A DNA stretch of 63,494 bases, counting the filler, from Folioceros fuciformis (taxonomy: Eukaryota), in the NCBI GenBank assembly GCA_049999805.1. It is 6 parts of 6 records of this genome, joined end to end, with 100 filler letters (N's around TTAATTAATTAA, not from the genome) between each part and the next. Parts side by side here need not be neighbours in the genome. Positions count along the whole stretch, not along the records: positions 19,774 to 37,785 come from JBNGIO010003100.1; 5 more parts are not named here. The stretch is one strand, 5' to 3'. Shown in pieces: positions 26,601 to 37,885 of this stretch. The notes under the pieces were generated by a model. The model was not told the DNA's origin and did no database searches. It worked only from the letters and a program-made list of their open reading frames with translations. Each line of letters starts with the position of its first letter. The first letter of the stretch is position 1. The translations under genes and the position numbers were made by a program.

Positions 26601-27204
26601 AAACCTAGGTAGAAGGAATTTCTCCTCAAACCTTATTTTGTACATTGATCATAGCTTGTTGGACTACAAAATTATTAAAAGATAATCATCATTAATCATT
26701 TGGCATATTATCGTGTACTACAATTTCTTCCTTGTGCAAACGTATGATTGATTTTAGACCCTTTTTTTAATTCGGTTGTAACATTCGTAAGTTAGGAGAG
26801 ACCATGAATGGTGTGGCATAGAATGAAAAACTTAGTAGCAGGTGCAAGGTTGGTTTTTCCTATGTGCATCCTAGTGAACTGTAATAGAATTCTTCTCCTC
26901 TTTTCTCTCATGCTGGAGTCTCATGTCCTGGTTCGGTCTGTCGAGCGGATGTAGACTGATTTTCTTTTTGTCCAGGTGGAGCGTAGCCTGCTTAGCCTGA
27001 TGGCTGGAGCAAGAGCTCCGAAACGGTATGAAAATGAGCCGAAAACGTGGCACCCAAAGTGGCACACGTGGCGACACAGCGTGCTCCTGTACACGTCTTA
27101 AGGGAAGGACCCTCGTCGTCCAGCGCCTTGCTTCTCTTGTGTGACCAATTCGTTCTTCTGCAAGCAACATTTTGGCTCCCGGGCAGGCAGCCTGCTTCAA
27201 GGCC

Positions 27205-28570
27205 ATGGCAAGGGCGAGTCAGAAATCGGGGGCATTGGACCAGGATTCCCTTTCCATCGATGACAAGGGTCACAGGAAGAGCTCAGGTTCCAGCTTTCAG
27301 CCGCAGAGCAGCTCCAATTCGGGGGGCTCAGGGGCAAGGGGAGTCGGGAATGAGCATCATTCCACAGCTCCCGACTGCAAGCCACCGCCACCTCCTCCAC
27401 CGAAGACTGCAGGGAAGCCTGCCTTTTTCAATGAGCTCGGCAAGCCCGTCAAGGATTTGTTCACCAAAGGCTTCGTACCGAGCCATACACTTATGGTTTC
27501 CTGCCTGGCACCTGGTAACACCACGTTGTCCACCACAGCCACCATGACGGATGGATTGGTAATGGGCTTGGTGATCGGCTCCTTTAAGAGGGCAGGCGTC
27601 ACCACTGAGATCACAACGGGCACTACCAATCAGGTTAGGACTTCGTTTTCTGCTTTCGCTTTTTATGGCGAACTTTCTAGCTCTCCATTTGCACATCCTT
27701 GAAGCCTTAGGATCCATCGCCGTGGGAGAGTAATGTGGATGCCAATGCCCAATTGAGACCTTTTCTCGGCGTCACGTGCCCCGCAGGTCTCCATTGCGAC
27801 AACATACGAAGACCTGTTTCCAGGGCTGAAGGTGAACCTGACCACCACCGTGCCAGATGCTGTCAATTACGGGAAGGGGCAGGTGCAATATCAGCATGGT
27901 TATGCCGCTGTGTCGTCTACCGTTTCCGGGTTTAAAGCCAAGCCAACGGTGGAGTTCTCTACAAATGTGGGATCCGAAAAGTTGTCACTTGGGAGCTCCT
28001 TCGTCTACAACACTGATACCAGAGCCGTCACAAGCCTCACTGCCGGTAAGTTTCATTGTGCTCATCCTTTCTTTTCAATGTACTCCTCCTCTCTTCTCCC
28101 ATAGCTTCACGGATGGTTAGTCCTGGCAAACTGGAAATGGCATGTCAGCGCACCATACCAAAGGTGACCGTCCACCTCACCTCAATGCTGTACTGCATGC
28201 GGCGTTTTCTGCAGGGCTCGGTTACACTACTCCCGAAAGATCAGCTCTTTTGTTGTTTGATCCTCAGTCGGAGAAGTCGGTAGATGCATACGGGATGCAA
28301 GCCTTGAGTCCTGCCACAACACTTGGCCTGCATTTGAACCACAAGCTGGAGAAAAACCTGACCAAGGCGACCTTGGCTGGTTCCTACAAGCTTGATCCTC
28401 AAAGCACAATTAAGGGTCGTATCGACAACTATGGGATACTCGGAGCCTTGCTACAGTACGAGCCGAACCCGCTTGCGTCTGTTGGCATGTATGCCGAGAT
28501 CGATACTAAGGCTTTGACAACTGCCAAGCCTAAGATTGGGCTGAGTTTGTCACTGGTTGGGGCCATTTAG
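27205..28570 (+). CDS. VDAC: Mitochondrial porin (VDAC) with N-terminal extension; exons 27205-27633, 27787-28045, 28215-28570 (347 aa)
   Basis: KPAFFNELGKPVKDLFTKGF N-terminal helix, GKGQVQYQH, YKLDPQSTIKGRIDNYG, KIGLSLSL C-terminus; GT-AG introns; exon total 1044 nt is in frame. Confidence 0.9.
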
Positions 28571-29184
28571 ATCGTGATGTTTATGGTATCAAGAGCCTGT
28601 GTAGAATCGAGTGCATCCGACTCATGCAACGCATCCTTATGCCGTAAACGCATGGGAGCCGGATCTCGTTCGTTACCCTCCATACATAATAGAATGTAAA
28701 CGTGTGTAGACCGTATGCCAGGGGCACCTCCTGTACGATAAGCTACTCCACATCTAGGACGCCAGGACCTGTAGAAAAGGACATCCACGCCGGCACTTGT
28801 ATCTCTTCTCCAAGAAAATAGATCATTCGATGACCGAGCTGTTGTCTCGTATCAGTCAGAATACAGTAATCCGCCGCCATGCACAACAGAGTTTGCAGGC
28901 GCAGCAGCTTTCTGAATTGCTGCAGCTCAGACAATTGGCATGTGCAGCATGTAACAAGAAAGAACAGTATTTTCACAAGCTCTTTCTCCGCCTCTGGTTT
29001 CTCTTAAACTCGGTCGTCCCCTGGTTATCACTAGTGACATTCCTTTAGAGGGGGGTAAAAGGTCAGGCTACGTGGCTTTGTTTCCACGGTGCGCATGGTC
29101 ACCTGTCAACAGTTGGTTTTCCATTTCCACGAAAGTGGTTACCTTTCTTTAAGGTGCTGGTGTTGCTGTAGTCATTTGTCATTG

Positions 29185-29500
29185 CATCTCATTAGCCTCT
29201 TGAACCCGCTGAAAACTCTCTGTCGCGATACCTTGCATCTGAATTTCAGTGCACCAAGAAACAAATCATTGAAAATGAGCAGTTTGGATCGAAAATCGAT
29301 TCACCAGCCCAAGAGTACATCATGTCTGGGGCAAAGGGCCAGAGAAAGATGGTGCGGCCTACTTGCACACTTCGGTGCTTGTCCGGGTGGTAGATTTGCG
29401 CCCACAGCCTGTAAGCTCGCTTGATGTTGTCATCGTCGGCTTCCGGGGGGACGTGCAGGAGTGCCTAGAGCTCTCTTGGAGGCTCGTCATCAGGAGCATC
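29185..29500 (-). pseudogene. DNAJC11/ATJ13-like J-domain pseudogene fragment
   Basis: [39 protein letters not shown] (TAG stop, two frameshifts), intron 29362-29239, then MQGIATESFQRVQEANE. Confidence 0.75.
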
Positions 29501-30217
29501 GCTTACGATTGCTTCTTGCGTGAGGGCCCCACGTCTCTGCCGTCTCTTGCTGTCTGACGGGTGTTCATGTTCAACAAACTCTTGGAGGCCCCAATCGCGC
29601 CATACATCATCAAAGATTGAAAATTGTTTGGGCTCGAGTTTCCTGTAGGTGAATGCTGGCTCACGCGAAAGAAAGGCCAAGTCATCAGCGTCGGCAAAAC
29701 GGATTGGAGTCGCATGTGAGAGTCGGCTCCAAGAGTGACGAGCCCTACTCCCTTCGCCCTACTTTCTTCGAAATTTCACGTTGCGGTTCTACGAGTGGGA
29801 AGAGGGCGCAAAGGCTGTGTTGAGTTCGAGCGCAAAACGTTATGCACCAAACAGGGGTCGATGTATTTGTCATATAAATGAGATAATTCAAATGCGATGT
29901 ACTTATATACATTTTAATAAGAATAAATAGCTGTTTATAGTATGTGTAAATTGGGTTCCTGAGCATGGGGGGATCATGGGGCTGGCAAGCCAGGTACTAC
30001 ATGTACTGTACATGTACATACTGTACCTCTTGCTGCTTTCTTTCAACCAGTTCGGTCTGAAGAACAGAAGTTAGCAGATAACTCGAGCAGCCAAGATGGG
30101 CTCATGTTCTGGCTAGATATCGCATTATCGCGATGAGCAGCACTTCACTACATACAGTACTTACTGAACCTCCTAGTGCTCCAGTGCTTGCTCCTTCCTT
30201 GATCGTGTCCCTGAACG

Positions 30218-33200
30218 TTACTGCGGGAGCTCGTCAACAGAGCGATCTTTCTGCCGCACTGACGACACGTCAAGTCCGCTCTGCACGGAATGACGCGACT
30301 GCTCTTTCTCCCTGATGTGCTGCAATGGTGGTGGGCCGAACCAGGATAGGAGCACTGGCAGCAGGACAAAGCCATTCAAGAATCCAAGGAGTCCCATTAT
30401 CGTGAACATGCCAAAATAGTATTGTCTGAAGGCGTGATACCTGCGAGGAGTCGAATAAGAGCAACTCGTCAGAGAGCATGTCTAACCTTCTTCCGCAGCT
30501 GTGAATGAGAAGAAATTCTTGGAGTCTGTACTCACTTGACGAAAACTAGGGGCAACGTCGACGCAATCTGGGTCCCAAACCCGTGGAGCAGCGGTTCGAA
30601 AGTCCACTCCAGGGCCTTGGCAACTCTTTGGTTTCTTGTCCCGGCCACGACTAGAAAAGACCTTGCCAAGTACGTGAGCTCGGCTGCCATCCCAATCTGA
30701 CAGAAGGTTGGCGGTGAGATGTCGAAAGTGATTGTGTCATGAAGAGCTCATACTTGACACAAAAACGGCTTGCCAGCCACTTACCACGATGCCGAGGTTG
30801 ACAAGCGATAAAGCTGATGTAACGCCATACCGTAACACGCACATAACCCATGCCAAACGAGTGTTAGTAACGGCATGTTCGGCAACGGTTAATTTGGAGA
30901 GGAGAGAAGGGTGACGGTTTCCCACAGTTCAATTTGGCACCGATGAGGTAGATGCAACCGTAGACCTCGATATCCACCATCAGCAATACCACCACAATCA
31001 ATATGGACATCGTCAAGCTGAACTGGAAAATGAGGACGGCCAGAAACACTCCAACTGTAACAGCCGGGCATTCAACAATGTAAGTTTCCGACCAGGAATG
31101 AGTTGAAGACATAAGACTGTGAGTGTAGCCAGCCAGTCACATCTGAAACGGCTAGAGGGTGTGGGGCCTTACGCAATGCAAGGCCGACGACAGTGTATAG
31201 GTCATGGTCGCTGTGAAGATACTGCTCGAAAAAGAGGAACGGGTATCCATACATGAACGTGACATCATTGCCCGATACCTTTTCCAGAGCTCTTCTTGTG
31301 CCCTTTATCATTGCGGTATTGCTTTTAGTGGAAGCACCCAAGTTCTTCGCAAACATCTGTAAAAGGTGGAAGCTGCGTGATTATCAGTCGACTTGATCTC
31401 TTGCACCACAAATTTCGGTGAGTGTGCCGTTGACATCATGTGGAACTGGTTGAGGTTGGTACCGGAACTTACCGCAGACTTTGTTGCCCCAATTACAAGA
31501 TCAGGATCAAACGTTTGAGACGTGGGAATGCATGGTCGACGCTCTCCTGTGCGTCGATCTTGACAGTAGAGGTCACCCACAGAGAGAACCCCTGCGACAT
31601 TGGGCGGAAAGTGTCAGAAAGGTGATCACGAGATCCATCCCGCAGCTGGGCACGTCTGCGGTACCTAGTGGCGATCCCACCCACTGCTGTTCCAACCGGT
31701 AAAATTGATTCGAAGGTATCGGGGGCTGGCTGGTGTTGGTAAATAGATACAGGTTTCCGAGCCATGATGTCTCCAGTACCTGCCACAGAACCATGTCAGG
31801 GATGCTTCAACCTCGGGTCCTGTGTTGGAGCACATTGCAGCATGCGGCAAGGATACGTACCGAAGGTTGTGCCGGAGCCCAGGTTGTCAGATTTTGTATT
31901 GATCCAAGCGCGTCTAACACGAGATCTTGTTGGGTGCTCACATCCACTGTGTCACGAGTCACTACAAACTGCAGGCGGTGGACAAGTACCAAATCTGTGC
32001 ATCAGTCATCTGTGGCAGGTTGATTTCAGTTCCTGTGCTATTCTGATACAGACGGCAGGAGGAGTACCCACAATGTCATAGCTCAGAAATGCATTCTCAG
32101 TCACCACTGCAAAGGTATTCTGGTAGGAACCTACATCAGAGCAAGGCGATGTTTAGCTACACTTCAAAATTTGGGAGACAACCCTGCAATATTGTGCGAT
32201 GCACGGGATCATTGTTTTGACAGCTTACCAGTCAAGGTGACATCGGAGAGGTTAAGACCGTGATCAACCTTTGCAAAGCCGAGGTACGCCATTGCACCAA
32301 GGAACGCACTGAAGACGATCACCTACGACACACCCCAACATTTAGCATCTGACGTTTAACTCAAGGACAGGACAGGATTTCAACACTTCAACGTTAGTTT
32401 TGTCTCCTACCACTGCGACTTTGAAGACTTGACTTTCGAAGAGCGGAGCATAGTAGTTTGCGATGAATTGCGATATGCGTGAAGACCCGACGTGTTCCTG
32501 AAGAGTAGGATCTTCCACATCGAGAGGGCTCACCTTGAGACTGGCAGAGTGCTGCAGTCCGTTTTCAGGCTGCGCTTCTGCATCAGAAACGAATGAGAAC
32601 GATGTTTGAATGCCCAGTTATGAGACGTGATTGTTCACCAGATCAGTTATCAAAGTTTTCCGTACCGTTCTTTGGCACTTTCTTCCTGATGCCACAAACC
32701 AGCCACAGGTTCGGATCATGATAGCCAACCTGAAGGACAGAGAGCTCGTGAAGATGTATACCATGACAGAGGCATTAAAAGTTTTACAGACAGTAAAAAC
32801 ATATTTATCCACCTTTGTCCGTCTTGCGTCCAGAGCCATGATGGGCATGAAAATGAGGATCACGCCAAAAGTGTGGATCGTAGAGGTAAGACCCATTTGC
32901 CAGCAGAACCACTGTACACTTGGCATGGGACTCTGCAAAGCAGAAGCACGTCACTGAAGAGATGAGAGTCTGTCGACGCAAGAAAGCTGCTGATCAACTC
33001 TCCTGGGACGTGGGATACTCACAATGGAGGAGATGAAAAAGGCAGCAAGAACTGAAAAGGTCGTCAACACTACAGAAGGTCCTGCCAACGCCAGAGTCAA
33101 TCGCATTTCACGCTCAGGAGTGTTCCCAAAAGACACAGCCTGGAGTTTTGGATCCTTCAGGTAGTTTCTCAGAATGTTACACATCACAAAAATGTCATCA

Positions 33201-36127
33201 ATCCCTGCCACAACAACGAGGAGACTTGCTCAATCGACGTCATATGATCACAATTTTGCTGAAGCCTAGGGGAAGGTACTAATGATTACCAAGTCCCAGA
33301 GCCAAAAAGGGCACGACAGACCCTGCGAGAGGAGAAAATCTTATCCCGATGGCAGCAGTTAGCCCGAACCCTGCAACGACTGCCAGACTGACAACTGACA
33401 TTCCCTGCGAGGAAAAAATCCGAGGAATGGTTTAGAATCATAATTGCCACATGTAGCCATTGCTGTATCCAATCTCGTTCTCGTGAAGTGAAAGCGGAAG
33501 GTTTCTTACAGTGAGAGCAAGCCAAGTGTGGGAATGAACAGGGTCCCCAAAGTTCACGAAGGCAGCGAAGCCGTAGATGGAAACAAGAATGACGCTAAGA
33601 ATAATTTGCCAGATGGGTGTCTTGTTAGCGTCCGACAATATATCTTCAGATGATCTCTGCGGTGCAGAATCATTCCCCAACAACTCATCAAAAAGAGAGC
33701 CAAATGCAAAGGCCGCTGACAAGTTAGGTGGCGACACATACCCACATATTGAATTCAAGCTGGTAGTCCGCAAACTGCTCTCCCTTACCAAAACTTGTGT
33801 GGGGTGATCCCAGTCTTAGTGGGTCCAGTTGATCTATGAGAAGGGATTCAAACGACTTTGCCAGGTCTTTGAGCGTCCATCTGTCATATGCAGTCCCAAA
33901 TTTGTAATTGATGTAGTCAGCCCAAAGTGGATGGCCTTGGTGGAAGTTGTTTTGGCCCCATCTGATACCTCCAATCTGCCCATCACAAAAGACATGCAGA
34001 TCTGGTGAATGTGAACTACCATCACCATCAATTAGATGCAAATATCTGAACCACTGGAACATGATATTACCTTTGTGATGTTTTTACCCGTAGAGTCGTA
34101 GTCAACATAGCCTAAGGCTGCTTCCAATGGAATGTGAGCTCCGAACCATGTCATACAGCACGCTGACTTGGTCGCTATGCAACTCGCAATCTGCGGGCAT
34201 CCCTTGCTCTTTCAGCATGCTCCCACAACCAGTAACGAACCACACAACAAGTTGGTCAATGCTTGCAGTCTGAAAACTTACTGCTGGGACCACCGGTGAC
34301 GGGTTTGCCTCCCTTGCGATTTGGAGTGCTTCATTGAAGTGGTTCAGTATCTGAAGGCACCAAAAGACTGTGTCATTGGTGCCATATATCCTGCAAACTA
34401 GAAACGTTAACCTTGGTGGTATCTGGGACTAAACCTCGTCATTGCTCATGCTCTTGTAAGAAAGTCGCCATCTATAGCCCCAAGAATAAAACAACTGTGC
34501 AGTGCTTTCAACGCCGTTAAGAATCTGTGATGTGTAACAGTGGCGCCCGAGCAATCAGTGACAATTTTAGCAGAAGCGCTTGCAGAATGGGACACAGAGC
34601 ACGGGAAGTGTGACCCACAGCGTCAATAGTTGCTATATCCGCTTGTCCTGTGTAGTTTTGAAAGCCGCTTATGAGAGTTTCGTTCAAGTCCTTGATCAGG
34701 CAACGCTTTATCCCCTGCTGAAAGAGGATGCCAGCCACTAGGTCCACTATAGTCACGTTTACTCCTGCCACTGAGCAAAATATTTGATGGTTCAGCACAC
34801 ACGGAAGGGTTGCTCGGGTCGACGTGGAATCTAGCACCGGACCCTGAGGGTGGAAAGTTGTCCGTGAATACCTGTTCCAAGAGGAGTTTCAAGCTGTCTC
34901 AGGGATTCGGGATAGTCAAAGGCTTGCCCTTCCACGAAGCAGTCCATAGGAGACAGCTTTGTGCAGGGAAATTGGTCGATGCCCCATCCGAGGGGCAGCG
35001 TGGCAGTTACATTGATGACGACCCCGGGAAACCCAGCTGTTTCAGTGATAATGCAGGTGGACAGCTGTTGGTATCCCCATGACAGAAAGTTGCCAGATAG
35101 CCATGGATTTACTCCCGACTTCATGCTGCTTGGGACAGGAGGCCGCTCACAGAAATCATTCTGAGCACAACGAATGGAGCACAGTATTCTGTCAACATGA
35201 AGCATTTAAGAACTCAGAGGGCACGATATGGATGTCCATCCAAAGATACCTCAGTGAGCTTAAATGCTCTTGACCCGTTGGCACTCGAGATGGTTTTGGT
35301 AAAGCTTATCTGATCGTACAGAGGAGCCACTGCGGTCGTCAAAGCGTCCATCGCCTGCATTAAGTTAATCTGGCCACCACCCGACTTGGGCGTGATGGTT
35401 ACGATCTCTTTCCTTGGGATGCCGCCCCACCTAAACAGGTTTGGGCCATGGACGCGCATCAAAATTCTGGGCATTTGACACAAAACGAGAGTATCGGAAC
35501 GATGCGAAGAAGAGTTCTGTACCTCTCGTCAAAAAATTTCTTCTCTCCCACAATTTCAGAGTTTTGCTCGACCCACAACTTCTCTAGATCGGTCTCCGTC
35601 TTGGCATGTAGGAGACCGATGCACAAGCCCCCAAGTAACAAAATTCCCAACCTGCCACAAGCTCCTGAGTAAGATTCTCACGGCTAATAGTACGTTCAGC
35701 TATGGCCTGTGCTGAGCACAAGCACAATCTGCACCGCAGCGGCGGCCGCCGAGGAGCTTACACCAGAGGATAGACCGGATACTGGGCAATGAGTGATCCA
35801 TATGCCATGAAGCTGTCATTGAGTGCAGTGTGATAGCGATGTATGAGGCTCTGATACTTGTCTGCAACCTGGAGGATGAACAGGCAAACGTGTGGAAGTC
35901 ACTAGTACATCACACGCATCCAGAAACTGAGAAGCAAGTTTGGCATTTGCAGCAGCCACGGAAATGGTGAGGTGGAATTAAACCTTCCCCATGGCTTGGG
36001 CTGTGGCTTCCCTTCGCTGTGTCGAGTCACGTTTCCACTGCGAGGAGCTGGCACAATTCCCGGGATCAAACTCGAGAACCAACTCCGGACCCCTTCGAAA
36101 AAATGGAGAAATAGCAGCACCACTCAC
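30218..36127 (-). CDS. Patched-like sterol-sensing-domain RND membrane protein (many exons; true start unresolved, may extend to ~36570)
   Basis: ETDLEKLWVE, FPCTKLSPMDCFVEG, VVPFLALGLG|IDDIFVM, GPSVVLTT, GYPFLFFEQYL, IGMAAELTYLARSF, QRVAKALEWTFEPLLHG, GLLGFLNGFVLLPVLLSWFGP. Confidence 0.88.
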
Positions 36128-37295
36128 CTGCGAGCGATGCGTGATATGCACTGAAGTCCTAGATGCACCTAACTAGTAGTGAAATGGAGTCAGTTTCGTA
36201 CGTTCTCAATTTGAGGACGCCTCAGGTCGACAGGAGTTTGGTTGAAACGTGCCACGGCTCATGAGCCAGGAACTGTGGTCTGTGGACAACGGGACGCCAC
36301 AGTGAACATCGCCACCCTGCATTGCATCGGAAAGGAATTGCAAGCTCTAGATACCTGTAAACCGGACACTGGGGCGGAGGCCTGAGTCATACCATCACGT
36401 CCTGTCCTGCATAATATTCCCCGTGGTTGAAGAAGGCAACATTTTCAAGGCAGGGAGGGCTGCAAAGACACTCTGCTCCTCCAACTTTTTGGGGATGCCA
36501 GCGGGAGAGCCGAGGAGCGGCGTGCCTATGTCGCGACTCAGCGAAAAGTCAGTCCTGTCGGACATATCAGTGAGCCTCTCTCCCTCGGATGCATGTTCCT
36601 CGCCAGTGCGTTACTTTTATAATGGTTCCTGCGCTTGTGTGCTTGGTCGCTGTTACAGAAGAATCTGTGTTCGTTTTCCAGTTCTCCAGGACGCGACAAC
36701 CATAGGACAAACAGGCCGGCAGCGTCGCTCGGGACATAGAGGGTGGACATTTGGCGCTCAGCCCTGCTTCTCCACCTATCAAAACGGCCCGTATCACAAT
36801 CGCAACTTCTCCCAGCAATAACACACCAACCTTGTTCCTAGTTTTTACCTCGGAAACCGGAAACCACTTTACCCGAAACGTAACAATCCTGTCCTTACCG
36901 CGCGTGAAAACGCATATTACACGGGATGATACAAATTATTAACAGGAGGAAAAAGAGAAGGACCCCACATCTAACCATGGAAAACCGGGAACGGAGTCGG
37001 TGTTCCATATTTGCATAGAATCCTTTCAAAACACCAAACGCATGTTTTAGTAATAACGCCGTTGCTTTTGGAGTCGCTGGCAGTTGTGAGTGCATCACCC
37101 GGGCTGCCGCTATTAGGCACGTGAATTTCTTTTGCTTCCTAGACATATATAATTAACTTCTAGGATAGATATATAGTAAAAATATACAAACTATCGTAGA
37201 AAATATTAAATATATATTTTTATATTATAATTATTTTTTATTTAATTAGTATACTAGTATTATCAAAACTCCACCCTCTAATCCAACTTATATGG

Positions 37296-37397
37296 AATGA
37301 AACCCAACCGAAGGATGCCACGAATCTAAGTTACATGCAATGAAACCCAACCCAAGGATGCCATGAATCTAACTTACATGCAATGAAACCTAACCCA
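37296..37397. repeat. ~42-bp tandem repeat
   Basis: AATGAAACCCAACC.AAGGATGCCA.GAATCTAA.TTACATGC x2.5. Confidence 0.8.
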
Positions 37398-37785
37398 ATG
37401 ACAAGCTGCCCATGACAAAATCAGCATAAAAAGTATAATGTGTATTTTCACCAACATGAATATGCACAATAACCATTCATACAATAGGCATTGGTTATTG
37501 GCCAAGCGATGATAGTTCCATATCTTATGAGTATGCTAAGGCTTCTATGTACCAAAGGCCCTTTCCAATTTAATTCTTTCAATCAACTCATCTACATGAT
37601 CTTTCCAACCTTCCCTTTCCACACCCCTCCTTCCAACTAGTTTAGATGGAAGGCTATCTGACACCAAAAACTTTGTCCCAACTTGTATCATATTTCTCTT
37701 AACCCATGTCTTTCCACCAAGCTCATTTGCTCGGAGGAGACACCTTTTGCTATGACCTCTTATTGGCTTCCCCAAACTCCACAAC

Positions 37786-37885
37786 NNNNNNNNNNNNNNN
37801 NNNNNNNNNNNNNNNNNNNNNNNNNNNNNTTAATTAATTAANNNNNNNNNNNNNNNNNNNNNNNNNNNNNNNNNNNNNNNNNNNN
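37786..37885. other. Artificial contig linker
   Basis: N44-TTAATTAATTAA-N44. Confidence 0.98.
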
